From NCBI GenBank assembly GCA_023483915.1, contig JAMDEO010000128.1:1-58540 (forward strand): a stretch of DNA of 58,540 nucleotides, written 5' to 3'. Each line of letters starts with the position of its first letter. Position 1 is the stretch's first letter. Shown here one piece after another: positions 9,093-19,236 of the stretch. The notes beneath the pieces were generated by a model. That model searched no databases, had not been told where the DNA came from, and worked only from the letters and a program-made list of their open reading frames with translations. The position numbers and the translations under genes are program-made. This DNA comes from Actinomycetota bacterium (GTDB lineage: Bacteria; Actinomycetota; Thermoleophilia; RBG-16-64-13).

Positions 9093-11084
9093 TTGGAAGC
9101 CGAGATGAAAGCCATCAATTTGGAGTGTAGCGCCGCGACGGCTACCCTTCAGCATTTTGAAAAGCTTGCTCAGCAATCGATTGAACGGGCAGTCGACCTC
9201 ATCCAGTGGGCCAATCCCGAGGGTCGCATCATATTTGTCAACCACGCAACCTGCGCGCGCACCGGATATTCACCGGACGAGCTCCAGGGCATGTATCTCT
9301 GGGACCTTGACATCGAAATGTCGAGGGAATCGTGGGCGAAACGGTGGACGAGGCTCAAGGAGGTTCGCTCCCGCAAGTTCGAGTCTCGACATCGCACCAA
9401 GACGGGGGAGTCATACCCCGTTGAGGTGTCTGCGAGCTATGTCGAACAGGACGGCAGGGAGTATTCGTTCGGTTTCGCCCGTGACGTATCCGAGCGTAGG
9501 GCGGCGGAACAGTCTCTTCGCGAGAGCGAAGAACGAAATCGCGTGCTTGTGGACACTACCTCCGACTTGATCTTCAGCTTTGATCCCAGTCTCTGCCTGA
9601 CCGGCATCAACAGGGCCGCAGCGCATCTGCTTGGGGGCCTGACGGTCGATGCAGCCATCGGCCGGCACCTGTCTGAGCTGGGTCTGCCTGAGGAGACTTG
9701 GCGCCGTTGGGAAGAGAGGTGTCTCGAGGTGCTCGAATCGGGCCAGGTCATAAGTCAGCCCTCACGTGAGGTGACGTTGGCCAACGGTGCGAAATTCGTG
9801 CTTGAGACCGATCTCTGGCCAATCTCCCAGAACGGCGGCAAGCCCATCGGCGTTCGAGGAATAAGTCGAGACATAACTGAGCGCATCAAGGCCGAGGAAA
9901 CGCTCAAAGAGCGCGACGAGCAATTACGTCAGGCGCAGAAGATGGAAGCGATTGGCCGCCTGGCTGGGGGCATCGCCCACGATTTCAACAATGTGTTGAC
10001 CACTATCATCGGCTACAGCGATCTGATCTTGGCCGACCCAGGCCATGCCGGCACGCTTCGTGAGGACGTGGGAGAAATCAAAGTGGCAGCCGAGAGGGCG
10101 AGCACCCTTACAAGACAGATACTTGCTTTCTCACGGCGGCAGACTCTGCAACCCGAGATCCTCTGTCTCAACGATGTGCTGAAAGAACTCCAACGCCTCC
10201 TTGCGCGGACCCTGGGAGAAAACATCGAGGTAGTTCTTGGTCTTGCGGAAGACCTTGGGTTGGTGGAAGTGGACGCCCATCAGTTGGAGCAAGTCTTGTT
10301 GAATCTGTCCATCAATGCCCGCGACGCCATGCCCGAAGGCGGCAGGCTCACTCTGGAAACAGCCAACATCGAGCTCGGTCCGACTTCCAGCTCCAAGGAT
10401 GAAAGGATGAAGCCGGGGAGCTACGTCATGCTTAGCGTAGCGGATACCGGTGTGGGCATGAGTGAGGAGGTACGCTCGCATCTTTTCGAGCCCTTCTTTA
10501 CCACCAAAGAGCAAGGAAAGGGGACCGGTCTCGGCCTCGCCACCGCCTACGGAACGGTGAGACAGAGCGGTGGGAGCATCTTCGTCCAGAGCGAGCCGGG
10601 CAAGGGCAGCACCTTCAGGATCTACCTACCACGGGCAGACAGAGCGCCGGCAACGCCCTCTTATTCCCGGCCGATGTACCAGTCTCAGTTCGGCATAGAA
10701 TCGATATTCGTCGTGGAAGATGAAGTGGCCGTACGGGAACTCGTCAAGCGAACCCTTGAAAGGCATGGGTACTCTGTCACGGTCGCCCCAAACGGGGACG
10801 AGGCCTTGGCGATGCTCCAGGGACTTAGGCGGCCGCCCGATCTCCTGCTCACCGATGTGGTGCTGACAGGATCGCTCCAAGGAAACGAGTTGGCCGAAAG
10901 AACCCGCGATGTGTATCCGGCGATGCCCGTGCTCTACATGTCGGGCTATACGCGGAATGCAATCGTCCACTCCGGCAATCTGGAGGACGGGGTCAACTAC
11001 ATAGAGAAGCCATTCGCTCCCGAAGCCCTCGCTCGAAGAGTACGCGAAATCCTAGACAGGCAACGCGCCGGACTGCTCGCCTGA
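9093..11084 (+). CDS. Hybrid sensor histidine kinase (PAS-PAS-HisKA-HATPase-receiver)
   Basis: Two PAS blocks, H-box [16 protein letters not shown], ATPase boxes [10 protein letters not shown] / DTGVGM / GTGLGL, and a C-terminal receiver ([13 protein letters not shown]...DLLLTDVVL...IEKPF). Confidence 0.9.
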   Translation: MEAEMKAINLECSAATATLQHFEKLAQQSIERAVDLIQWANPEGRIIFVNHATCARTGYSPDELQGMYLWDLDIEMSRESWAKRWTRLKEVRSRKFESRHRTKTGESYPVEVSASYVEQDGREYSFGFARDVSERRAAEQSLRESEERNRVLVDTTSDLIFSFDPSLCLTGINRAAAHLLGGLTVDAAIGRHLSELGLPEETWRRWEERCLEVLESGQVISQPSREVTLANGAKFVLETDLWPISQNGGKPIGVRGISRDITERIKAEETLKERDEQLRQAQKMEAIGRLAGGIAHDFNNVLTTIIGYSDLILADPGHAGTLREDVGEIKVAAERASTLTRQILAFSRRQTLQPEILCLNDVLKELQRLLARTLGENIEVVLGLAEDLGLVEVDAHQLEQVLLNLSINARDAMPEGGRLTLETANIELGPTSSSKDERMKPGSYVMLSVADTGVGMSEEVRSHLFEPFFTTKEQGKGTGLGLATAYGTVRQSGGSIFVQSEPGKGSTFRIYLPRADRAPATPSYSRPMYQSQFGIESIFVVEDEVAVRELVKRTLERHGYSVTVAPNGDEALAMLQGLRRPPDLLLTDVVLTGSLQGNELAERTRDVYPAMPVLYMSGYTRNAIVHSGNLEDGVNYIEKPFAPEALARRVREILDRQRAGLLA

Positions 11085-11200
11085 TTCCTTCTGGTCGTGA
11101 CTTCCCTGAGGTTCGTGCTCCCAACGGGCGTACAGGTCGGCTTTCCCGGGAACAAAGCGACCACGAGACCGTTAATTCGTCCAAATCACGGGAGGTCGAT

Positions 11201-11602
11201 GTGGTCGAGAGGCTGATCCGAAGCAAGGAAGAGTGGCGGAGCATACTTCCGCCGAATCGCTATCGAATCATGTTTGAGGATGGCACAGAGTACCCATGCC
11301 TTTCAAGGGTCGATGACTTTTGGGAAGAGGGCACTTATCTTTGCTACGCGTGCGACCTACCCTTGTTCGCGTCGGAGGCCAAGTTTCACTCGGGCACAGG
11401 TTGGCCCAGCTTCTGGCAGCCGATCTCAACGGATGCTGTTGAGGAGCATGAGGACCGCTCTTTTGGTATGAGGCGGATCGCCGTATCGTGCGGCCGTTGT
11501 GGCGCACATCTGGGCCATGTGTTCTTGGATGGTCCGGCTCCAACCGGCATGCGCTACTGCATGAACTCTGCTTCTCTCAAGTTCGTTCCCGGCCAAAAGT
11601 AG
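11201..11602 (+). CDS. msrB: Peptide-methionine (R)-S-oxide reductase
   Basis: GTG start 6 nt after gggagg. Motifs: CYAC and CGRC zinc motifs, GTGWPSF, HLGHVFLDGPAPTGMRYCMNSASLKF with the catalytic Cys. Confidence 0.92.
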   Translation: MVERLIRSKEEWRSILPPNRYRIMFEDGTEYPCLSRVDDFWEEGTYLCYACDLPLFASEAKFHSGTGWPSFWQPISTDAVEEHEDRSFGMRRIAVSCGRCGAHLGHVFLDGPAPTGMRYCMNSASLKFVPGQK

Positions 11603-14318
11603 TCACAGCGTCGGTGGCCTCAGGGGCGATCGATTGAGAACGCTGAGCCTCGAGGTAGCCTTCCCACGGGTCGCTGCCGAGCCGCCGCAGCCGGTCGGGC
11701 AGGCTCTTGATCGTATAGGTGTCAGGCCTTATTTTGCCGTTGAGCTCGGTCCAACGAAGGGGCACGGCAACGGTGGCCCTTTCCTTGGCCCGAGTGGAAT
11801 ACGGCGCGATAGAGGTCGACCCACGGGTATTTCGTACGTAGTCGACGTAGATCTTTCCCCCTCGCTTTGCCTTCAGCATATTCGCTGTAAACCTTTCCGG
11901 CGCCTCTCGAACGACGGCATCGGCCACACCCTTGCAGAAAAGGCGTACGGCGCTCCAATCACCTGATGGAGTAACGGGCACAACGACGTGAAGGCCCTTG
12001 CCCCCGGTTGTCTTCACGAAGCTCTCGAGCCCGATGCCGCTTAAAAGGCGGCGCATCCGCCTGGCAGCATCGGCGAGCAGAGGCCACTGCACGCTCGGAT
12101 CTGGATCGAGGTCGAAGACGATGAGGTCAGGATGGTCGATGTCAGGCCAAGTCGATCCCCAGATGTGGATTTCGAGGACTCCCATCTGGGCCATTGCCGT
12201 CAGGCTACCGGCCTCAGTTATGGTGAGATACGGGGCAGGACCTCCCGATTCCTTGATCGTCACCTTCGCGAACGGACCCGGGAAGTCGTCACCTGGGTGC
12301 TTATGAAAAAAGCAGTCCCCCACGCGGCTGCGTCCCTGGCGGACGGGAGCCGGAAGGTCGCCTATTCCGCCCGGGCAACGGACCATGGCTACCGGCCGCC
12401 CCACAACGTAGGGCAGCATCTTATCGGCCACCCGGTCGTAGTAGGCGGCCAAGTCGCGCTTGGTGATCCCCTCGAGGGGCCAGAACACTCGATCGGGGTG
12501 GGTGAGAGCAACCCCATTGACCAGATCGTCGTCCGGGGCATCAGTGGCCTCTTTTGGCGGGGCATCACCCGCAGACTGGGTCGGGTCGTCTCGGCCGCTC
12601 GAGGTGCGAGACTTAGTGTTCACCACCTTCTCTGGCACCTCGGCGATAACCTCCATTGCAGGCTTGTCCTCGCGCAGCCCCTGGAAACTGGGGTGCCGGA
12701 TGGCGCCGTCCTTGGTCCATTCGGTGAAAGCGACCTCCCCAACCAACTGAGGGCGGACCCAGTGGGAGCCTCTCAGCGTCCGCGGCAAGTTCTTTGCGAA
12801 GGGAGGATCATCGATCTCCAGACGCTTAAGGCGCTCCTCCAGTTGGCGGAGTAGCTTCTCGCTGAACCCCGTGCCCACTTTGCCCACGTATTTCAGCTGC
12901 TTCTTGCCTTTCATGTCGTCCCAGACCCCCAAGTGCAAAGCACCGAAACCGGTGCGGCTGCCGGCCGGGTCTGTGAATCCGCCGATGATGAATTCTTGCT
13001 GCAGGCGGCACTTCGTCTTGATCCAATCGCCCCCGCGGACGCCCGGGCTATACCGGCTGCCCGCTCTCTTGCTGACCACCCCCTCGAGGCCCATCTTGCA
13101 CGCCTGCGCGAAGACGGCGGGACCATTGCCCTCCAAGTGGCTCGAATACTGAATCCGCCCCCCCTTCCCCGCGCGGGCCAAGACTCGGCCGAGGAGCTCC
13201 TTGCGATCCTCGAGGGCTGAGGCCAGAAGCTCGTAACCGTTGACGTACAAGAGGTCAAAGACATAGTAGAGAAGCCGGCCGGCCGCAGCCTCGCCGTCCC
13301 GGTTCTTTCCACCATTTGCCCTGAGCACGTTCTGCAATTCCTGGAAGTTGGTCGTGCCATCGGGCAGCTGCACGACAACCTCTCCATCGAGCACGGCATT
13401 GTCGATAGGCAGCTCGGCCAACTCCTCTGCCAAGACCTGATAGCGAGAGGTCCAGTCCTTGTCGTTGCGCGAGTAGATGGAAGCAGACCCTTTCTCGATG
13501 TGGGAGACGGCGCGATAGCCGTCGAACTTGACTTCGTGCAACCAGCGATCACCAACCGGGGCATCCTTGACCAGCGTGGTCAGCTGAGGCGCGACGAAGC
13601 GGGGAATCCTCTCGACTTTCCGGGCACCCTCGAGCTTCTCCGGGTCGATGCGGAAATCTTCAGGTCGCCTTGCCTCAGTCTGCTTTTCGGCCGGCTGGTC
13701 GGAATGCCAGACGCTTGCCGAGGCTCCCGCCGTGATCTCCTCAATGGTGCGCCCGCTGGCGACCGAGCGGGGTTGGTCCTCAAGGATGGAACTGCCGTCC
13801 TTGTCCACCGCTTCGTCGTCTCGATGCTTGATCAACAGCCAGTTCTCCTTGTCCTCACTTCCCGGCCGCGGCTTCATTCGTACGAGGACCCAGCTACCTT
13901 TGAGCTTCTCTCCGTATAAGGTGAATTTCAGGTCACCCCTGGCAAGTCCCTTGTGAGGGTCGCCTTCCGGGATCCATGTGCCCCTATCCCATATTTCCAC
14001 GGTGCCCGCGCCGTACTCGCCTTTTGGAATGGTTCCTTCAAAGCCCCCGTACTCAAGGGGATGGTCCTCAACGCGCGCGGCCAGATGGCGGTCGCGAGGA
14101 TCGAGTGACGGACCCTTCGGCACCGCCCAGGATAGGAGGACGCCGTCAAGCTCCAACCGCAGGTCATAATGAAGGCGAGACGCGGAATGTTTGTGGATGA
14201 CATACAAAAGATCGGGCTGATCCTTGTTACCGCCAGGCGACCGGCGCGTGGTCTTAGCGCCGGAGGGCTCCGGCGTCCTTTCGAAGTGCCTCTTCTTCCG
14301 GTACTTTTCGAGTGGCAT
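11577..14318 (-). CDS. ligD: ATP-dependent DNA ligase LigD, three-domain (phosphoesterase-ligase-polymerase)
   Basis: N-terminal VIHKHSASRLHYDLRLELDGVLLSWAVPKGPS (PE domain), central EVKFDGYR adenylation motif, and C-terminal FDLDPDP...KTTGGKGLHVVVPV...YVDYVRNTRGSTSIAPYSTRA (primase-polymerase). Sits directly downstream of ku. Confidence 0.95.
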   Translation of the reverse strand: MPLEKYRKKRHFERTPEPSGAKTTRRSPGGNKDQPDLLYVIHKHSASRLHYDLRLELDGVLLSWAVPKGPSLDPRDRHLAARVEDHPLEYGGFEGTIPKGEYGAGTVEIWDRGTWIPEGDPHKGLARGDLKFTLYGEKLKGSWVLVRMKPRPGSEDKENWLLIKHRDDEAVDKDGSSILEDQPRSVASGRTIEEITAGASASVWHSDQPAEKQTEARRPEDFRIDPEKLEGARKVERIPRFVAPQLTTLVKDAPVGDRWLHEVKFDGYRAVSHIEKGSASIYSRNDKDWTSRYQVLAEELAELPIDNAVLDGEVVVQLPDGTTNFQELQNVLRANGGKNRDGEAAAGRLLYYVFDLLYVNGYELLASALEDRKELLGRVLARAGKGGRIQYSSHLEGNGPAVFAQACKMGLEGVVSKRAGSRYSPGVRGGDWIKTKCRLQQEFIIGGFTDPAGSRTGFGALHLGVWDDMKGKKQLKYVGKVGTGFSEKLLRQLEERLKRLEIDDPPFAKNLPRTLRGSHWVRPQLVGEVAFTEWTKDGAIRHPSFQGLREDKPAMEVIAEVPEKVVNTKSRTSSGRDDPTQSAGDAPPKEATDAPDDDLVNGVALTHPDRVFWPLEGITKRDLAAYYDRVADKMLPYVVGRPVAMVRCPGGIGDLPAPVRQGRSRVGDCFFHKHPGDDFPGPFAKVTIKESGGPAPYLTITEAGSLTAMAQMGVLEIHIWGSTWPDIDHPDLIVFDLDPDPSVQWPLLADAARRMRRLLSGIGLESFVKTTGGKGLHVVVPVTPSGDWSAVRLFCKGVADAVVREAPERFTANMLKAKRGGKIYVDYVRNTRGSTSIAPYSTRAKERATVAVPLRWTELNGKIRPDTYTIKSLPDRLRRLGSDPWEGYLEAQRSQSIAPEATDAVTTFGRERT

Positions 14319-14327
14319 GACGGTCGC

Positions 14328-15212
14328 CTAGCTGGCCACTCCGGTCGCCCTCCGGCCGCTCGACCGCTTCGGACGGGCGCCGCTGCGCGCATGGGCGGTT
14401 CCGGTCTTGGTCCCGGTGCCGGTCTTCTGCCGTTCGACACTCTTCTTGAGCAGATCCATGATGTCTATGACCTCGGCGCCCTTGGCCTCCGGTCTCCGAG
14501 CGGCGGGGGCCTTCACCTTGCCGCCCTCCACCTTGGTCGCGATCAGCTTGAGGATATCTTCACGGTAGGTATCACGATAGTGGCTGGGGTCCCACGCCGC
14601 TGCCATCGCGTTCACGAGTTGCTCGGCCATCTGTAATTCCTGAGTGCTGATTCCTAGTTCTTCGATGTCTTCGCTGGGGAGGTCGAGCTCGGTGGGAGTC
14701 CGCAACTGGTATGGCCAGCGAAGCGTGTAGGCAAGTATCACCGGACCATCGGCCAGTACCGCGCACAGGTGTTGCCGCTCGCGAATGACGATCTTCGCCA
14801 ACCCGATTCTGTTGGTACGTATAAGGGTTTCCCGGAGCAGGGCATAGGCCCGCCGCCCGATCTTTGCAGGCTCCGTGTAGTATGGGGTGTCGAAGTAGGC
14901 TATATCTACATCTTTGGCATCTACGAAATGAAGGATTTCGATCTGCTGCGTCGCCTGAACGTTGGCCGCCTTCAAATCGGCTTCCGCAATGACCGCGTAC
15001 TGACCCTTCTCGTATTCGTATCCTTTTACGATGTCCTCGTAGGGGACCTCGTGATCGGCCTCGTCCACCCAACGGTTGTGCACGCGGCTGAGATCCTTCC
15101 GGTGCAGCATATGGAAAGAAATATTCTCCCGGGCATTCTTGGCTGGGTAGAGCGAAACCGGGATGGTCACCAGGCCAAAACTTATTGCGCCCTTCCACAG
15201 TGCGCGCGCCAT
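14328..15212 (-). CDS. ku: Non-homologous end joining protein Ku
   Basis: MARALWKGAISFGLVTIPVSLYPA is the canonical bacterial Ku N-terminus. The basic C-terminal tail is present, and the gene is 9 nt upstream of ligD. Confidence 0.95.
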   Translation of the reverse strand: MARALWKGAISFGLVTIPVSLYPAKNARENISFHMLHRKDLSRVHNRWVDEADHEVPYEDIVKGYEYEKGQYAVIAEADLKAANVQATQQIEILHFVDAKDVDIAYFDTPYYTEPAKIGRRAYALLRETLIRTNRIGLAKIVIRERQHLCAVLADGPVILAYTLRWPYQLRTPTELDLPSEDIEELGISTQELQMAEQLVNAMAAAWDPSHYRDTYREDILKLIATKVEGGKVKAPAARRPEAKGAEVIDIMDLLKKSVERQKTGTGTKTGTAHARSGARPKRSSGRRATGVAS

Positions 15213-15328
15213 ATATTCTTCCTCCTCGCCAATCGCGGATGGGGCTTGGCTGCTATGTACCCAATAATGAGATTATGCGAGACACGAGTGCCCGAAACGA
15301 AGCTAAGTGGAGCAATTGAGCTGATTCC

Positions 15329-16597
15329 ATGAGAATGTCGCTGCGTCGTTGTCTCTATGTATGCGCGACCCTGATTCTTGTCGTCGTGGTTGCGGGATGT
15401 GCCGGCAACCGGCCGCCGAACACAACGGCCACTGCTCCCGCAACCTCCTCCACATTGCAGTCGCCCAGCACCACCGTTACCGCGGCGCCCACCACATCTT
15501 CCGTCGCGGCGTCCTCGACGACCTCGACAAGCGTTACTACAAGCACCACGGACATTGTTCCTGAGCTGTCCGCACGCCGGATGGCCGGACAACGGGTGAT
15601 CTTCAGCTACCCGGGGCTGAATCCCCCACAGACGCTCATCTCGCTGATCAGTCATGGCGAGGTTGCCGGCGTTATCTTCTTCGCGGAGAACATTTCCAGC
15701 AAGGATCAGCTTCGCAGGGTGATCAACACGCTGTCCGACGCCGCCGCGGCGCCCACCAATCCGGTCAAGGCCCCGCTCCTTCTCATGATCGACCAGGAGG
15801 GAGGGAGGGTCCGTCACCTGCCCGGGGAGCCGGTGCTCTCGGAGAAAAAGATCGGTCAGGCTGACGACCCGCCTGCGGAGGCGAACCGTGCAGGGACCGA
15901 TGCCGGCCTGAACCTGCATGGGGTAGGCCTCAACGTCGATCTTGCTCCCGTCCTGGATGTGTTCCGTAAGGCAGGCGGCTTCGATGATCGCTTTGAAAGG
16001 TCGTATAGCTCTGACCCTGACGTCGTTTCCGAACTGGGCAGCAACTTTATCGAAGCGCTTCAAGAGGAGGGCGTCGCCGCTACGGCGAAGCATTTCCCGG
16101 GTCTAGGCGCGGCTACCAGGGTCGAGAACACCGACCTGCGCCCGGTGACCCTGAATGTTTCCAAGACGTCGCTCAGAGCGATCGACGACCTCCCGTACCA
16201 AGCTGCAATCGACGCCGGCGTCGAGCTCGTCATGGTTTCCTGGGCGACCTACCCGGCGCTGGATGCCAAATCTCCAGCAGGCTTTTCCTCTGTCGTTGTA
16301 GGTCAGGAGCTGCGAGATCGGCTTCACTTCGACGGCGTGACAGTAACCGACGCCCTTGCCGCTGGAGCGCTCAAGGCGTGGGGGACCACGCAGCATCGCG
16401 CGATCCTGGCCGCACAAGCGGGAATGGACCTCATCTTGTGTTCGTCGCGCAACGTCTCCGAAGGCGAGCAGGCCATTGCCGGGCTTCAAAAGGGTTACGC
16501 CGATGGCAGGCTGACCGATACATTCGTTGGAGCATTGCACCGGATCATCGAATTGCGCTCCAACCTCGGCAGCCGCGAAAGGGCCATTGTTCGGTGA
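15329..16597 (+). CDS. Glycoside hydrolase family 3 N-terminal domain lipoprotein (NagZ-like beta-N-acetylhexosaminidase)
   Basis: Signal peptide with lipobox VVVAGC and a Thr/Ser linker, followed by MIDQEGGRVRHL and KHFPGLGAA. Confidence 0.85.
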   Translation: MRMSLRRCLYVCATLILVVVVAGCAGNRPPNTTATAPATSSTLQSPSTTVTAAPTTSSVAASSTTSTSVTTSTTDIVPELSARRMAGQRVIFSYPGLNPPQTLISLISHGEVAGVIFFAENISSKDQLRRVINTLSDAAAAPTNPVKAPLLLMIDQEGGRVRHLPGEPVLSEKKIGQADDPPAEANRAGTDAGLNLHGVGLNVDLAPVLDVFRKAGGFDDRFERSYSSDPDVVSELGSNFIEALQEEGVAATAKHFPGLGAATRVENTDLRPVTLNVSKTSLRAIDDLPYQAAIDAGVELVMVSWATYPALDAKSPAGFSSVVVGQELRDRLHFDGVTVTDALAAGALKAWGTTQHRAILAAQAGMDLILCSSRNVSEGEQAIAGLQKGYADGRLTDTFVGALHRIIELRSNLGSRERAIVR

Positions 16598-16735
16598 CGC
16601 ACAGTGAGGCCGTCCTGCGGCAATCCGTCGGACTGAGCGTCTTGCATCCTTTTGAGCCGTTCAAAGGTGTCGCAGGGTGGGTAAACAAGGGGCACCTTGG
16701 TTTCTGCTTGTGCGAACGATCGTTGGGAGGTTGTC

Positions 16736-17518
16736 GTGGAACGCACGAGGAACGGCGAGTTCAACTGGGTGGACTTGTCTGCCACTGACCTGGAGCAGCA
16801 GAGCGCATTCTATGAGGCCCTGTTCGGCTGGCAGCACACCGACACTCCCATGGGAGATAGCCAGATCTATCGCATGTTCAAGTTGGACGGTCACACTGTG
16901 GCCGGAATGGCCGAATTGTCACCGGACCAGAAACAGCAGCGGCCCAGTGCGTGGAATACCTATGTAGCGGTTGATGACCTGGACAAAACGGTCGCCAAAG
17001 CTGAGGAGCTCGGGGCCACTGTGACCATGCCGCCGGCCGACGTCCCCGGCGGGGTCGGAAGGCTCGCGAGCATACAAGACCCAACGGGGGCATATATCTT
17101 CTTCTGGAAGCCCAGCAAACTCGACGAGAGCATGGAATACATGATGCCGGGCACCCTATCCTGGGACGACCTGGGCACTCGGGATCCCCAGCGCGCGATC
17201 GATTTCTACTCGAAGCTTCTCGGTTGGGACATCGAGCCCATGCCGGGCGGACAGATGCCCTACTGGGTGGTGAACATCGACGGCCAAGGCGAGGGTGGCG
17301 TGATGCCAATGCCGGAGATGGTTCCCGCGGAGATTCCCGCCTACTGGCTGCCTTACTTCGGAACAGAGGATCTGAAGACTTCGGTCTCGAAGGCCAAAGA
17401 GCTGGGCGCGACGGTCCTGGTTGAGCCGACGGAGGTGCCGGAAATGGTGGCCTTCGCGGTCCTTGCCGATCCGGCCGGGGCCAGTTTCGCCCTCATGCAG
17501 CCACTGCGGGCCGCATAG
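16736..17518 (+). CDS. VOC (glyoxalase/bleomycin-resistance) family protein, two-domain
   Basis: ORF 16697..17518, with the start moved to GTG 16736, 6 nt after gggagg. The blocks GEFNWVDLSATDLEQQSAFYEALFGW and LSWDDLGTRDPQRAIDFYSKLLGW are duplicated VOC modules. Confidence 0.8.
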   Translation: MERTRNGEFNWVDLSATDLEQQSAFYEALFGWQHTDTPMGDSQIYRMFKLDGHTVAGMAELSPDQKQQRPSAWNTYVAVDDLDKTVAKAEELGATVTMPPADVPGGVGRLASIQDPTGAYIFFWKPSKLDESMEYMMPGTLSWDDLGTRDPQRAIDFYSKLLGWDIEPMPGGQMPYWVVNIDGQGEGGVMPMPEMVPAEIPAYWLPYFGTEDLKTSVSKAKELGATVLVEPTEVPEMVAFAVLADPAGASFALMQPLRAA

Positions 17519-17546
17519 GCCCGATCCGATAGCGGCTCGAGCGCGT

Positions 17547-17578
17547 GCGCCGTCCGGCCCGGCAGGGCCGGACGGCGC
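17547..17578 (+). terminator. GC-rich hairpin downstream of the VOC gene (terminator-like, no U-tract)
   Basis: Perfect 14-bp stem gcgccgtccggccc / gggccggacggcgc with loop ggca, 29 nt after the stop codon. Confidence 0.5.
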
Positions 17579-17808
17579 CCCACCGCCAGCGGAGCGCGCG
17601 ATCTCTATGGCCGGGTCCTTTTGCTCCTCTTCACCCGGGCGGCGGGCCTGATATCGTTGCGCCAGGTATAGTAAAGGCACAATAACCACGGCGGGGAGAC
17701 TGATCCCTCCGGAATGCTGTGCCGATGAAGACGCGGCTGACGGGAAAGATCGTGAGGGGCCGCAATCGCAGAGACGTCGTGGTTGCCCCGTCATTCTAGG
17801 AGTGATTG

Positions 17809-19071
17809 GTGAAGACCGTCCAGCTTCCTCAGCTCTGTTGGTGGGACACGTGCACCCTCGACGTTGCCGTCCCCGACAGCTGGCAGATCGACCTATGCCA
17901 CATGGCCGGGTACGATCGGCCGGCACTAGCTCGGGACGAGATCGAGCGGGCCATTCGCAATCCAGTGGGGACGTCACCCATCAGTGTCGATGCGCGGGGC
18001 AAGAGGGAGATCTGCGTTATTTTCGATGATATGTCCCGTCCCACGCGGACTGCGGAGATGGTTGCTTGTGTTTTGGCGGAACTCGGAAGGGCGGGAATCG
18101 CCGACGGCCAGATTCGTTTCGTCTGCGGTCTTGGGTGCCACGGCACTCTGAACCGCAATGACTTCGTTAAGAAGCTCGGTGAAGAGGTGGTCTCCCGCTT
18201 TCCGGTCTTCAACCACAATGTCCTCGGAAATTGCACGTTCATCGGCACGACCAGTTTTGGTACCGACCTGCACATCAATGCAGAGGTAATGAAGTGCGAC
18301 TACAAGGTCGCCCTGGGTTCCATAGTGCCTCACGGACTCCTGGGTTTTGGGGGTGGCGCCAAGGCAATCCTTCCAGGAGTCGCTTCCTTCGAGACCGTGA
18401 GCGCCATGCATCGCATGGAAGCCCCTGGCAGCGGCGACAAGACGGTCGATCTGGGCGGCATGGGCTGCATGGAGGGCAATCTCTTGAGGGAGAACGTCGA
18501 GGAGGCGGCGGAGATGGCCGGCCTCGACTTCAAGATCGACGCGCTGGTGAACGGATGGGGCGAGACTGCCGCTGTGTACGCCGGGGCACCCCGGGCAGCT
18601 TTCCAGGCTGCACTTCCGGAGGCGCGAGCGCATTACCTGACCCCGCGCGCCACAGACTGCGACGTGGTCATCACGAACACCTTCGCCAAAGTAAACGAAG
18701 GAGAGGGTGGTGCAGGCATCGGTTTCCCCTCCGTTAAGAGGAGCGGCGGCGACGTCGTGCTCATCGATAATGCCCCTGACGGCCACGTAGCTCACTATCT
18801 CTTCGGCACGTGGGGAAGTATCACGGCCAACGAGTTCAGGTTGGTTATCCAACTTCCGCGTCATGTGGAGCGACTCATCATCTTCAACAGATACAGAGAC
18901 CTCACCGCGCTTGGCTACTTCGCGCCGGTCGAGAAAGTGACTATGCTCGACAACTGGGACGACGTCCTTCGGGCCCTCCGGGAGAGACGGGGCGATGCAG
19001 CCAAGGTCGCCGTGTACTCGAGTGCAGAGATCCAATATTGCGACGATGCCGCCGATGCAGACTTGGACTGA
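17809..19071 (+). CDS. larA: Nickel-dependent lactate racemase family protein (LarA / DUF2088)
   Basis: ORF 17806..19071. GTG 17809 lies 6 nt after AGGAG (17798-17802). Blocks ICVIFDDMSRPT and GSIVPHGLLGFGGGAKAILPG match the LarA N-terminal domain. Confidence 0.8.
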   Translation: MKTVQLPQLCWWDTCTLDVAVPDSWQIDLCHMAGYDRPALARDEIERAIRNPVGTSPISVDARGKREICVIFDDMSRPTRTAEMVACVLAELGRAGIADGQIRFVCGLGCHGTLNRNDFVKKLGEEVVSRFPVFNHNVLGNCTFIGTTSFGTDLHINAEVMKCDYKVALGSIVPHGLLGFGGGAKAILPGVASFETVSAMHRMEAPGSGDKTVDLGGMGCMEGNLLRENVEEAAEMAGLDFKIDALVNGWGETAAVYAGAPRAAFQAALPEARAHYLTPRATDCDVVITNTFAKVNEGEGGAGIGFPSVKRSGGDVVLIDNAPDGHVAHYLFGTWGSITANEFRLVIQLPRHVERLIIFNRYRDLTALGYFAPVEKVTMLDNWDDVLRALRERRGDAAKVAVYSSAEIQYCDDAADADLD

Positions 19072-19236
19072 TGTTCGGCCAGGAGGCCCGGGCAGGTTTC
19101 CCACCGGATCGACGGCCGGGTGTCGCGCTGCTGATCCGTGGCCGACGAGCCGGGCGGGTTTGTCTGCCTGCTGGGCCGGCGCCGTGTCTGGCCGGCCAGA
19201 GTAGCGGCCGCGGCCCGGTTCAGTCCTCGTCCCGCT

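Noticed and set aside
15182-16093. 303-aa minus-strand ORF overlapping the ku start and the GH3 gene
   Set aside because: It is antisense to the GH3 lipoprotein gene, has an Arg/Gly-rich low-complexity translation, and conflicts with the well-supported ku start at 15212.
17579-17808. 230-nt untranslated region upstream of larA, inspected for a NiCo, cobalamin or other riboswitch
   Set aside because: I could not identify any known riboswitch core (no B12 box, no convincing conserved multi-stem junction). Only short, imperfect stems are present. A covariance-model scan (Rfam/Infernal) would be needed to say more.
17974-19104. 376-aa minus-strand ORF
   Set aside because: It is antisense to the LarA-family gene. 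It has shadow-ORF composition, no motifs and no RBS.
19187-19200. 14-bp perfect palindrome TCTGGCCGGCCAGA between the convergent larA and dioxygenase genes
   Set aside because: With no loop it makes a poor hairpin, it has no flanking U-tract, and GC-rich palindromes of this size are expected by chance in this composition.
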